Source of the DNA: Balanoglossus misakiensis
Taxonomy: Eukaryota > Animalia > Hemichordata
Length of the DNA: 64,000 nucleotides
Direction of reading: 5' to 3'
NCBI GenBank assembly: GCA_040954595.2
Contig: CM082591.2
Location: 1,711,745 to 1,775,744, forward strand
Position numbers and translations under genes: made by a program. This document shows, one piece after another, positions 11,908 to 25,078 of the stretch (its first letter is position 1; every line of letters begins with the position of its first letter). The notes under the pieces are model-generated. The model saw only the letters and a program-made list of their open reading frames with translations, did not search any database and was not told where the DNA came from.

Positions 11908-14900
11908 ATGGGGAAGAAGACAAAAAAGGACAGTGAACCACCACCCAAGGACACCGTAAGTTTCTAAAGTTGATCTTGAATTTCAACATTCACCAATGCC
12001 CATTACAAAGGCTTGATGATAATCTTTTTTTCTCCCTCTCTCTAGTTTGACCCCCTGACCATTGACAGCAAACAAGCGGCCACAGTGGTGTTGATGTTGG
12101 ACAGTCCTGAAGATGAGGTCTTAACCAAAGCCTGTGAAGCCATCTACAAATTTGCAGAAAAATGTAAGTTGGGTGAAATTACCAATTATGGCATACTCAT
12201 CAGATATGATCTTTCACCTGCAAGAACTATGCCACTCACATTATGGAATGTCTTGATCAATTCTAGGTGATGATAACAAAGCATTACTGTTGGAGCTTGG
12301 TGTGGTTCCTCCTCTTCTGAAACTGATCAGTTCGGAAGACAAAATTGTCAGAAGAAACTCAACTATGGCGTTAGGAGTCATGGCTGTCTTTTGTAAGTAT
12401 ATTGACAAGCACATTTTTTGTAAGAAAGGAGTGATATATGAACCACATTATCATCCCCACTTTGTAAATGTTAATAACCTTTTACTCTATTTTTTATATC
12501 ACAGCGGAAGTGAGGAAGGTTTTGAGAAAAACCGACGCAATACAACAAGTGATTCGGTTACTTGCACCAGAAGGTATGCACAATAACTTTTCATTTTCGA
12601 AAGGGTTTCACTTAAAAAAAGAGAAAAATATTCAGTCAGTACAATATTCATCTCAAATGCTATATGACCCTTTCACCACCATGGTTTGGTCCAACGCCAC
12701 AGTTCTCAATGGCAGTGTTGGACCGTTATACAGGGAAATAGGGGTGACAGGTACAAAATGAGACCAAGAATGAAGGATCATCTAAGTGTGGTAACTGTCC
12801 CTGTACTGAAAAAAAAAAATTAATAACTTTTTGTTTTGGTGTTGTTGTTACAGAGGACACATTAGTTCATGAGTTTGCCTCCCTCTGCATCGCATCAATG
12901 GCCAACGAATTCACCAGCAAAGTTCAGATATTTGAGCAAGATGGCGTTGAACCATTGATACGACTGCTGGCCGATCCTGATCCCGATGTACAGAAGAACG
13001 CAGTGGAAGCTATCTGTCTCATGTTACAAGATTTCCAAACCAAGGCTGCAATCAGGTATGGGTGGTGTAGTTATAGCCTGTTCAGCCAACACACAGACTT
13101 TATGTTTTGCTTTCATCTGAAACTTTCCCGTTTCCTACAGACCTAGGTATTCTCAAGTATCTCTGAGATGTACCTCACTAAACCTTTGACCCCATAATGA
13201 TTGCTTCACAGAGAATTGAGCGGGATACAGCCACTCCTAGACCTGTTGAAATCGGAATATCCCGTCATACAAGAGTTCGCCCTGGTCAGCCTGGCGCGAT
13301 GCACTGAAGACACGGAAAACAGAGAAGTTCTCCGAGAGTTGGGTGGTCTGGAAAAATTGGTAGAATTCATCGGAACACCAGTAAGTAAAACCTTCAACCC
13401 CAGTTCCCTCTTTAGGTAGTAATGTTATTTTACCACTCATGTTATTCTTCCCAACTCTCACACCCACCACTCAGGAATACAGCGACCTCCATGTACATGC
13501 CTTGTTGGTGATGTCAAATTGTCTGGAAGACACGGAAAGCATGGAATTGATCCAGAGTTCCGGTGGTCTTCAGAAATTATTACAATTTGCCGTGGAAGCC
13601 ACACTGCCGGAAGTTCAGCAGAACGCTGCCAAAGCCATGACCAGGGCCGCGAAAAATTGTAAGTGCATCTGTCCCTAAAACTGTATTAACAAAGCCTTCA
13701 GTATGACAGAGAATATGTCAAGTTTGCACTGGTGGTATATTGTCTCAATATTGGTAGAAGAAATGGGTTTCCTGCAAAACAATAACTTTTTGCCTTTGAT
13801 GTTTTGATGTATATTCTCGTTGTTTTTCTCGCCAACAGCTGAAAATCGCAAGATATTCCACGAACAAGAAGCAGAGAAAACACTGATCCAGTTACTCGAA
13901 TCTGACAGTGCCCAAGTGCAGGCTGCAGCCGCACAGACCATCGCTGTTATGTCCGAATATCTTCTCTCCAAAGCGGCCATCGGTGAACTCGGTAAGAACA
14001 ACTTCCCTTGCTGGAAAACTTGTCACCGTCATTGTGATCTCATTTGCGAAGCCACCTACACCATTCAGTTTTATTCATTTCTGTTCTTATTCTTTCTGTT
14101 TCTCCACTCTCGTGCCCTCAGATGGAATCGGTCCCCTAGTGAAATTACTGAACAGTGACAGTGGCGAGGTGCGGGAAGCTGCTTCGTTAGCATTGGCCAA
14201 TCTGACAACAGCTAGCTCTAATAACTGCAGGTACGTCAAAATTTAAATTCTTCATTCAGTGTCATTTCTTGATCTGTATTTGTGTTAGTGCAACTGGTGA
14301 CATTCAATATTGGAGAGCTTGCTCCGAATCCTGCTTCTTACAAGTAATTTTTTTTTCATCATCAGTGATCTAGTTGAACAGAAAGGAGTGGAGCCCCTGA
14401 TTGCGTTGCTTGGCGACACCAAGGAGGGGGCTCAGGCCAATGCAGCAGTGGTGCTGACCAATATGGCGTCCGATGAAATCATGAGACAGGACATTCAAAG
14501 CAAAGGAATTGTCCCTGCACTAACATCACCATTACTCTCCAAGTATGTCACATGACTTACCTACCACTAAATAGTTTGGTCCACTTTTAATGGTTTGGTC
14601 CATAACATGCTTCTCGAATCTGCCAAAACACTGAAATGAAAAAAAAAAAGAAAACAGATTTTACTTTGAAATTGTGGAAAGCAGCAATTTTAAGTGGTTT
14701 TAGTGGAACCTGTTAAAGTTTTATATGTTTCAGATTATTTTTATTTTTTTCCTAAGGAATACCAATGTCCAAGGCAAAGCCGCTCTGGCAGTTGCAGCAT
14801 TTGTATGTGACGCGGATTCTAGAACAGAGGTATGTGTACAGTGATTGAGCCTTCCTTCCATGCAAATTCTGCCTTTAGTATTTGCATAATTGCTGCAGTT

Positions 14901-17900
14901 ATTAAAGTACATCCATCTGGGTTGCTAATTCATCCATGTGTGATCCCTTTCCTACAGTTGCGTAATTCTGGAGGTCTAGCCGCTCTGTCAAAACTGTTGA
15001 CGTCTGGAAATGAAGAAGTTCGTCGTAGTGCTTCATGGGCCATCGTGGTTTGTGCGACAGACACACCTACAGCTATGGAAATATGCAAATTAGGGTCGGT
15101 GAACAATTTAAACTTTATTACATGTATGATGTTGCTTGTTAATAATTTTAAAATGCAGGCAATATGTCCATGCTGTTCATGCATACAAAGTATTTTCACT
15201 ACGAACTTTCTTGACAAATCTGTTAATTTCCAGTTTTGGATTTTTTTCTGCTTTGCAGTGGTCTTGAAACACTCCAGGAAATCGAGCAATCGAGCACCAG
15301 ACAGAACCAGTTTAGTCAAGCAGCACTCGACCGGTTATTGGACAGTAACTTGTCAGCGAAGTATGCTCTCACTGGCAGACTGGGGCCCATGGATATCATC
15401 CAAGATGGTTTCTATGACCCGGGTCAGGTAGGGTGCCTTTAATTCAACAATATCACTGAAGCTTTGGAAAGGTATTTCAAATGTACAAATCGCGTTGTGG
15501 AGGAAAATTGCATTATAATATTATACTACACGTAGTGGTTTAATAGAAGCAAAAGACAAAATTGAAAGTGTCCATGTATTGTCACGGGAAACAATCATAT
15601 ATTGTAAATTGATCACCCTGCTGCTGTATGTCATGTGACCAGTCGACTGTCATGTGACTTGGATTTCTTGTCATGTGACTTGCCAAATTGGGAAACGACC
15701 AATAACACCCGGGGATTTCAGTCACATGATGTACAACACCATATAAACTTTCATTCTAGGCGAAATATTACGGTGCACAATATGAAGATCCAGATGGGGA
15801 CTGGGTAATGACATTTTCAACAAATGTTATCAGTGTCTGACCAATGTCATTTGTCATGTCATCTTGACCTTGTGACCGTCTTGACCTTGACCTTTCCTCA
15901 GTCTCCTTAATGTGTCTCCCTGTACCACATGTTGTATACTGCCTTTACCCTTAATACGACTAAATCCAAACGTCAACAAATCAAAATGAATTCAACCCAC
16001 ACATAAATGTACCACCAAGACATATCCCCCAAGCCCGCTATCTCTCCTGCCTTCAGCAATATTGCAAACAGTTATTATGACAACTATCAGAGACACTACC
16101 TGACGAACTAATTGTTCTGGCTTGCTCCAAAGTACAGATCCAACAAGTACAGCCTGACCAATTTGATTTCACTCTGTGTGAAACCCCTGCACAAGAAGTG
16201 TCATCTCCTGCACATCGTCAAAATCAATGTTCCTGGTCGTGTGCACATCTGTTTGTCGTCTGTTGATTGGCTGATAACCTTCTGATGTCACCACACACTG
16301 TTTTTGCATTGGTTTGTTTTATTGCAACGCACCTGGATGACGTGTTTTCAAAGTCTTCTAATGACCATGTTGTGGTGTGCCTTTTTTCCCATTTGGCCAT
16401 CCAAGTGAAAATCTATGATTGGCTAAATCTATACTTTCCATAGTACATGTACATTTCGGTATAGACAGGTTTCCAGATTAGACAGGGTTCAGTTTAGACA
16501 GGTTTTATCATACATGTACACAAAATGTCAGTGTGGCGTAACCGTTTATATTTATGTCACATTCACAGCTGAAACCAGGTGGCAAATTCTTGACTCTTGA
16601 AGAATACAGCAAAACCAAGCCAGAACCCAAGAGGCCCATCTTGCTGGTCAACACCAAAGCACCTGAAAGTCTGGCCAGTTCGCCAGTTCCCTTGACGTCC
16701 GAGACAGACACGGCAAAACCGGAATCCAAGACGTCGGTGAAGAGCTCCAAGTCAAACATCAGGTAAAGTAGACACAGAGTTTACTATATGGTATTAAACT
16801 GTAGCTAATTTCCGTAGGTGACTGTATACCTTTAATTACCATCTACCATAACTGATGACTTTTGAATCAACAGAGGGAGAAAAGAAACCAAAAAGGAACG
16901 CGAGGAGAGAGAAGAGAGAGAGAGACAGGAAGCTGAGAAGCTGGCCGAGTTACAGAAAGTGCAGGCAGAGCAGTCATCAACGTGGCACCCACCGGCGGAT
17001 CCAGCATTGGAAGGCTACATCAGTGACATCATCACGAATGTTGGTCCGCTGCCAACAACCAGAGAGCAAGTCACGGCAGTCGCACAGTGAGTTTTACCCT
17101 TTTACCACCATGGTTCAGGTGTCCCTCTGTTTTGTCAGAAAAATTGTAAAGAAATCGGTTGAAACTTACCAACTTTGGTTTCTGACACCAAGCCACCACT
17201 TTATACAGTTGCTCAAGACACGTGACTACATCTTACCAGTAACGATAGCATCCTGAAATAAAGAGTATAAACAGATACTCATAATCTGTTTGTCTAATAT
17301 TCATTCTTTCACTTCTATAGATTCGTCGGTGAAAAGATGGGAGGTCCAATCGAGCGGGGCCAGCTGACAAATTTCAGCTACGAGCTACCGATCAGTCAAA
17401 TCAAACATGATCTAGACAGTAATATTATTCCCATTGGTAAAATTACCACTGGGATCCACTATCACAGGGCTCTCCTCTTCAAGGTAACGTGCTCCCAACT
17501 ACTTTGCCTTCAGAAAGTTTTGTAACAGACGTGTGCCTTCTAGAACTGTGACAGTTGTATAAAAAAAAATCCAAAAATGGTCACTCTTACCGTGTTCCCA
17601 TGGTGTATACTCCTTGCAGGTGTTATGTGACTATATTGCGGTTGGTGTGTCTTTGGTACGAGGTGAATACGGCCGGGCGTGGAATGAAATCATGCTGACA
17701 GAAGATGAAGCAGTAAGTTTAGTCAATGTTCGATTATCTGGAAGATGGTGTTTCTCCTAGCTCCAGTTTACTAGTCTGGCCAGTCTCCATGGCAGCCTGC
17801 AAGATGTAATATTACACATGACATATACAGTATATTATCAACACTCGTTATTGCATTTTTTTAAAAAGACTGTCCGATTACAGATGTGAAATCAAATTTT

Positions 17901-18038
17901 TTTTAACCCACCTTTCTGTCTTTTCAGCCTGGTGCACCAAAGTTCCCACCAAAGGAATACATCATCGATCTGATACATGAACCAGGAAGGTTGATGAGGT
18001 CGGATTCAGCAGACGCTGTCAGCTATCAAAGGCTCTAG
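11908..18038 (+). CDS. ARMC3: Armadillo repeat-containing protein 3; many short exons
   Basis: Starts MGKKTKKDSEPPPKDT-FDPLTIDSKQAATVVLMLDSPEDEVLTKACEAIYKFAEK, followed by ARM repeats and LLDSNLSAKYALTG...DGFYDPG. C-terminal EDR1-like region IGKITTGIHYHRALLFKVLCD...VRGEYGRAWNE...IDLIHEPGRL. TAG at 18036-18038. Confidence 0.93.
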
Positions 18039-21000
18039 ATGGATTTACAGACAGACAGACACACACACAGACACACACAGATACAACTTATTAAACATGG
18101 CAAGGTATTTACCAAGATAGTAATCATGACACAAATATTCCATTGCCGTAAAAAATCATCACAAGCATGACATGTGTTATGAGTTATGTACACATAGCTA
18201 TGTGCACATAGCATGTACATATTATGCAAGTACAAATGGACAGTAACATTTCATACTAAATTATGTACAAATTACATGTTTTGAAATGGGTCTGACAGAG
18301 ACTTTGCTTTGATTGCAGTGTATGTAATACTGTGATTTTTAACTGTAACATAAATTGTGATTAAAATTCCCAATTATGTAAATATTTCGATTCGTGTGAT
18401 GTAATTATTTTTAATGTAGAAAGACCTTTTGTATATTAAACAATATAACAGTGTGAAAGAGTGAGGAAACAATGTTGCAAGCGATTTGAAAACCAGCTCA
18501 CTAATTCCGAGAAATCGTGCCATGTTCCATATCATGAAAGGCACCCTCGCATAAGGTGAAAAATTCACTTCGTTTTTTCGCCGCGTAAACTTTGTCAAAC
18601 AATATTTGCAACACTTCTAAAATTATGTATTCCTTTAGGAAATCTATACTTGGCCCTAAGTTTTACTTTTTAAAGAAAATTATTGTATGTGAACACTATG
18701 TAATGTCTGACAATAGTTTTAAATAAAAGGTAAAGTGTAATGAACTGGTATACATGTTTGATTTTATCAGCCGTATTGCTCTGTGATATCAAGATAAGTA
18801 CCACTGTCCCCTCCCCCTCCCAGACCAGTGACAAATATACAATAAACGTTTGTTTGAATAATGTTTTGAGACAGACAAAGTGCTTGATTTGATACACAGA
18901 TGACAATTCTGATTCCTGCTACTGTCCCCTCAAGACAGAGTAGAAAATCCCAGGCAATATTTTCATAGAACTGACCAGTTTTTGCCCACCTAAGTGAGTG
19001 ATTAATTAACCCAGCAGCATGAAGAAGAAAAAAAACTTAGGCAGAAAGAATAGAGAAAAGGTAGTGTTAGTTATTGATAAAAGAAATAAAATAAACACAC
19101 ACAAACCATCTTCGCCCGTCAAGGTCTTGCTCTCCGAAAAACACGGAGACCGGTCGAGCCAATGACCTGGGCAAACGGTCGATGACACACACACATACAT
19201 GTATAAATATATTTTAGATAAAAGATAAAAATAATAACAGAAGAGAAACATAAGCTCTATTTATCTTATTATTTATTGAAATGAAATATTTTAACCAAGC
19301 ATTCATCCATCACTTGAAAAGGGAAACAAAAAATTGCTGCCACTTTCCCCATAACCCCAAAACTAAATCTCTACCAAGGAAAACTATGTCAAAAATTGCC
19401 AAAGATATTTGATATCATAATAAATATTACACTTTAACCATTTCGAAAATATTTAACTGAAGTTGCAAACATCAAACATATAATCATAAATATGAAGGGT
19501 ATTTGCACAATAAAATTTCCTGCCTTGATTTTATCCCTTGAATACAATGGAATTGTCCTGAGGCTAACAACTATGACAAAGCCTGTTCTACTTTGTGGGT
19601 AATATGGGGGGTGGGGGTGGGGGTTACGAAGGTGTATTATGCCAAGGAGGGAAGTGGTGCTTACTATATCTCCTCCATAATTACATAAAAAATTTCTGCC
19701 AGACATTATTTTTCACCTCTGGAAAAATGAAAAATTACCAGGATGGCTTTTAAAAGCAAAAACACTTTTTTGCCCAAAAATTGTCAGAGCTTTCAGCTCT
19801 TTTTTTGTTCATCACATTCTATTGCAGCAAAGCGATATATTAGCATTTTTTCATTGTGACCAATCAGATTACAGAATCCGACAGAATTTGTTGTATCATC
19901 ATCCAGTCACAAAAGTACAAACAATTGTTTGTACAATATATTTATATCACAAACATGTTCCAATTTTTTCACGAATGCCACAATATCAAAATACAAATGC
20001 CACCTGTATCAAAATGTAGAAAAATCACATTTCAGTTGAATTAAAATTCTCATAAAACAATGAAAAGTGGGACCTTTTTTTCAATACTGTTTCACACAGA
20101 TGATAAGTAGGTGGTAAGTGTCAAAAATATTTTCTAAATCTGGAACTGGAAACATCAAAATCTGATTTAAGTTGACATTCTAGCAAATTTTGGCAAACAT
20201 TTTGTTTCAGGTTAAAACTTAATATCACTCTCTCTCAAAAAAAATGATATGCAAGTCATTAATCTAGCTGTTCAAACTTTTTGTTTTTGCACTACTTTTC
20301 AAATCACGAACACACATGGAATGTTATTCATGTTGACTTCACCTTACAGTGGCATTTCTAAGTAATATTTTCTACTTTTTGGATTCGGAAAATATTTCAA
20401 ATAACTCTTTGTGTACATTTGTTTAAAAAATGTGTATCATTTCATCCTGGAAAACATTTACCATGAAAAGATGGAGGTTCCATTATTGTTCAGAAAAAAG
20501 ATCACAAAAAAATTGTGAACCACTCTGACCTTAATACGGCTTATTATTTCCAAAATTATGAAAAGTAACAAATCTTCATTCAACATTCTTGACAGTATGA
20601 AATTTAAAGTATAATTATTAGACTATATAATTTGTCAAACACACGCTTGGATACATATCACTATCTCTACATCATAAACTCTGGTCTGTTTAAGAATAAC
20701 ATATGCCCATAAAATGTGTTATTTGAATCTGTATTTACATAGAGTTACAAAGTTAAACTCGTTATTTGCAGAAATTCAGAAGGCCTTCCCATGAAAAAAA
20801 CCCAAAGAAAACCAAACCAGGTGATACAGAGTTTCTCACTAGCCAATGTAAGTGCTCTGATGTCTGATTGGGTATTGTCATGGTTATAAGTTATCAGTGC
20901 AACAGTTGATTGGCAGTTAAGAGTTTCCCACAAACCAATGACCAGCCAAATCAAAATGGACGCATAATGACTTCTGATTGGCTGTTGTCGTGGCAATTAA

Positions 21001-21889
21001 CTATCAGAACAGCTTCTGATTGGCTCTTCATGGTTTTTCACTGTAACTCATTGATTATTTACATCATTTATGTGCAAGTCTGCAATAAACCCTGAATGCA
21101 AGAGACAGTACTGTCATGCTTTGAGAAGACACAAAACATGTTTGAAGAACTGATTATGTAAATGAGAATAGAACTGACCTCTTTCCCTTCTCCATATTGA
21201 GAATTTGTTAATTATTTCCGTACTACTTGCATTATATGTTTTACTTCATCTCAGAGAACAGACAAGTTTTGTTACCTGTTTAAGCAAATGGTCACTACAA
21301 ACTATTTTCTTCATACTGAGTTTGCATTGAGCTTTGGGTTTATACCACACAGTAGCAAACGCTGGGAGTCCGTCAAGTAAATAGACTGGCTAGTACATTT
21401 TGTAAACACAGTACAAATTGTATTGCCACACAACGAGGAATGAACAGTTTTTTAATTGTTTGACTTCATAAAACCATTTCTTTGGTTGGCCTTGTATTTT
21501 CTTGTCTTAAGAATGGTGGGGCCTCTAAATCATGTAAAAGGTTTGCATTGCAACCAGAAATTCGAAGGCATTCTTCAAGTTAAACGGTTAAAATGGCTGC
21601 TCAAAAACATGCCAACTTTGGACAGGGCTCATTTGACCTTTGACCTCGCCATCAGTAAATCGCAACCAATTTGAATACTGACATGTCAATTCTGTGAGGT
21701 CACTTATTTATCTTCTAAATCTTTGCCATGTTTCAACATTATAAGTTTTGTTTTGCTAGATTTCCCCAGCACATTCCATTCACTTTACCAAGATGGTGGT
21801 TAGGATGTTCACAGGTCAAGAGGTCATAGTCTGAGGTCAAAGGTCACACCTGAGGGAGAAATTGAGATTTTCTCCAGGGATTGATCTGT

Positions 21890-24800
21890 TCAATTTGAGG
21901 AGCTGGTCAACCTGGTGAGTCTGACAAATTTGACGAAAAGATTTGTGACGAAATACCAAAGATTTCGCGCGATCTGCGACCGTGCGATCAAGAATCGCCA
22001 AATGAGGATGGAGAGCACCGTGTTGAACGTGTAGCGGATGTTTCGTAATCTCTTGAGATGAGCTCTGGCTTGCGGCAGACTGGCAAGGTCTTCTTGCAAG
22101 ACGAATCGCTTTGTGCCCAGGCAGTAGTTTTCCAGATAGTCTGTCCAGTCCAGGGCTCGTAGGTCGGGAGAGAACATCTGGAAAACGGAAACGAGCATTA
22201 TTAATCCTCAGAATCCAACTCGGAATAAAACTTCTCTGCCTCTGAGTTTTTGTGAAAATATCTCTGAATGCCTGAGTCACTTTATGTCAAACCCCTCACC
22301 TTGTTATCTTCCTCGGACATGATAGCAGTCAATGCTTCTGCATTTCCGTTGGCCCACTCCCAGTGATTGGTCGTGAAGTACTCCAGTGTCACCATAGCTT
22401 TCATCATCTTGTCGTAGATCCTCACCATCCTGTTGTCAAGCGACAGAAAGAATTTTGTCATGCTCTACTCGTAACTCAAAATCATCAATCAATCAATCAA
22501 TCGCAGAATGGATATGGTCTCCTACCTGGGTTTCTTGCCCACAAGACGAAGTAAGAAATCGTAGAAGTAGCCGGGTATCTTATGACAAACTATGTTCCAG
22601 TACTCGTGTAGTACTCTGCATATAAAGAAACAAGAACGGAAGACACTTTTTATTTATAATGTAGCACTCCTGACAAGGTTTAATAGCAACAGTGACGATA
22701 ACTGAGTAGACGAATTGGACAATAACTTGTAACAGTTCTGATTATTCGTTGTTGACACATGTTTGACTGAAAGTCAAAAGAACTTACGTGTCGCGGGTGA
22801 CTGTAGCATTGGGTCTTCGGATTGCATTGTCTAACGGCGTGCTTTTGAAATAAGGTATAACGACAGATTCTGTATGCAAAATAAAAACAGGCAACATGCA
22901 AGAAATGTGTTTGTACATATGTGGAGAACACTAAAACATAATCCATTATTTGCCCAATTCACGACATTAAAAGCAAACTTTGATTTGTCAAATGCAGGAT
23001 CGAAACATGGAAAAAAAATGACATCATTTTTGTTTTAATTCCAGTACATACCTACGTCTCCCCATCGGAATGGATTGATCCCACCAGACGTCACGTTATA
23101 GACAGGGATAGTGTCGGGCCTGTGTGAACATGGAAAAGACAGAACATGAAAAAGTCACTAAGTGACATACATAGTACATTGTAAACAAGAACTATCAGTG
23201 ACATTATAATTGTATATACAGATAATATTAATTGTGTTCATATTCACAGCCCTCAAGGTTTCCTGATGTACAGCCAAAGCAACAGGAGTTAGATTTATCT
23301 TATCTGTCTCTTAACTTACTTGTGCACTGCAGTGTACCAGGCGGCAGCAACCATTACGTTCACGGGGATGTCAACTGGAACGACATCAGCGATAGCATTC
23401 GGGTCCCCTCTCATACTGCGCAACAAACCTTTGCCAGTCTGTGTATCAAAAATATGACAAAAATACAAATATAAGTAAGAGTTTGCAACATTTCAGGATC
23501 ATAACACAACAGTCTTTCTATCAATCATCTAAAGAAAATGATGACATCTTATACTTACAGCTATGAGCATTCCACTTGGTCCATTGAAATTATCTATCCA
23601 GCCCTGGGTACGAGTGAAAAAGAAGAAAAAAGATTGTTTTAACTTCATTGATCAAATAGGAACAAATGAGCCACCTCAATCAATCAATCAATCAATCAAA
23701 CCTTCTGGAGGAAGCTCAATGGGGCACACTTACTGGCATAGGTTCTTTCCACGTGGCACCAACAATGGACGGTCTCACGATGGCTACAGGCATGTTGACA
23801 GCTTCCTCAGCCAGCACGTATTCTCCAATGGCTTTTGTGAACGTGTAGGTGTTTGGTCGTTTGCCTAGAAGCTTCGGGGTCAGTAGTTGCAACATTTCGT
23901 CGTCCATCCATCTGTAAATAAGGAACACATTAATGTTGAATTGCCAATACACTATCGCTGGTAAGCGCTCATAGAGACAAATATTTGTCTGCCTTGCATT
24001 GGACACGATAGAGCACAGAGGACAACTATCATGCTGAAGTCAAGGTAGGTTTTATTCTCCCTGGCAGTTCACCACACAACACATGCACTGATTGGTTAAA
24101 CAGTGCAGTTACGGGGTGACCAGGTGTTGTCAGATTAAGTATCTCAGACATAAAGAATGACTCCTTGACTTACTCCATGGCTTGGTCTAATCTTTTATGG
24201 TCCATCGGAGGTGGATAAATCTTTTCCTCAATGTATCCTTGGTCACAATTACAGTAAGCAGTTGAAGTGTGGATGAATGCCTGAAAGGAATAACCATAAG
24301 ATCAGACATGTCAAAATTAAATAACCAAACTTACTCTACTTAAGCCACGAAACATAACAATGGATTTTCATGTTACTTCCAAATCAACTTACTTCTAAAT
24401 TTGTCATATCTTTGCAGAGTTTAATCATCTCCTGCAGTGCCTGCACATTCAATCGATATGATAATCTGAAATAAAAACATATTAATGCTATATTAGAAAA
24501 TTGGGTGGGACCGGACTGGATGAAAAGATCCAGTTCCCCTATAAAAGCATACAGCATACCATTGTTTGTGTAGGAAAGATCAGACTTACTTCATTTTTTC
24601 ATCAAATTTGATAGTGGCAGCTACATGAAAAACTATGGAAACCTCTCTCTTCAACATCTCTCTGTCTTCATCACTGAGTGCAAGTCCAGATTCTAACATG
24701 TCACTCTTTACAGCAATCAATCTGTTCAGACCCTCAGGGTTTTCTTCACGCACTTTGTCATACAGCTGGAGAATAAATGTTAAAAACAGGTCATTCAGCA

Positions 24801-25078
24801 CTGAGCTAGAATAGCGCATGTTAAAAATACAAATATGTTTGAAAACATAATCAAAACAAGATAAGCAATCTCAAAGCACCACTTACTGCTAGAGTGATCA
24901 TATCATCAATTCTCTGCTGGGGTGGGTTGCCCGCTTTCGGTCTCACCAGCAAGAAGATCTTGTCGACTTTGGGACAACATCGCAGCAACTTTTCCACAAG
25001 GACTTTTCCGAGAAATCCTGTTCCGCCGGTTATCAACACATTCTTTCCAGCAAAGAACTCCTGTACACTGGGTGCCAT
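21890..25078 (-). CDS. FAR1: Fatty acyl-CoA reductase, copy A (12 coding exons; non-coding 5' exon ~26996-27130 spliced to an acceptor at ~25240)
   Basis: Rossmann motif [17 protein letters not shown], catalytic [26 protein letters not shown], and C-terminal Sterile domain plus TM ([16 protein letters not shown]...[17 protein letters not shown]). It is probably co-orthologous to vertebrate FAR1 and FAR2, so the symbol is indicative only. Confidence 0.93.

Noticed and set aside
21837-22280. 147-aa alternative-frame ORF over the FAR-A last exon
   Set aside because: Shadow frame of the real exon, starting inside an intron.
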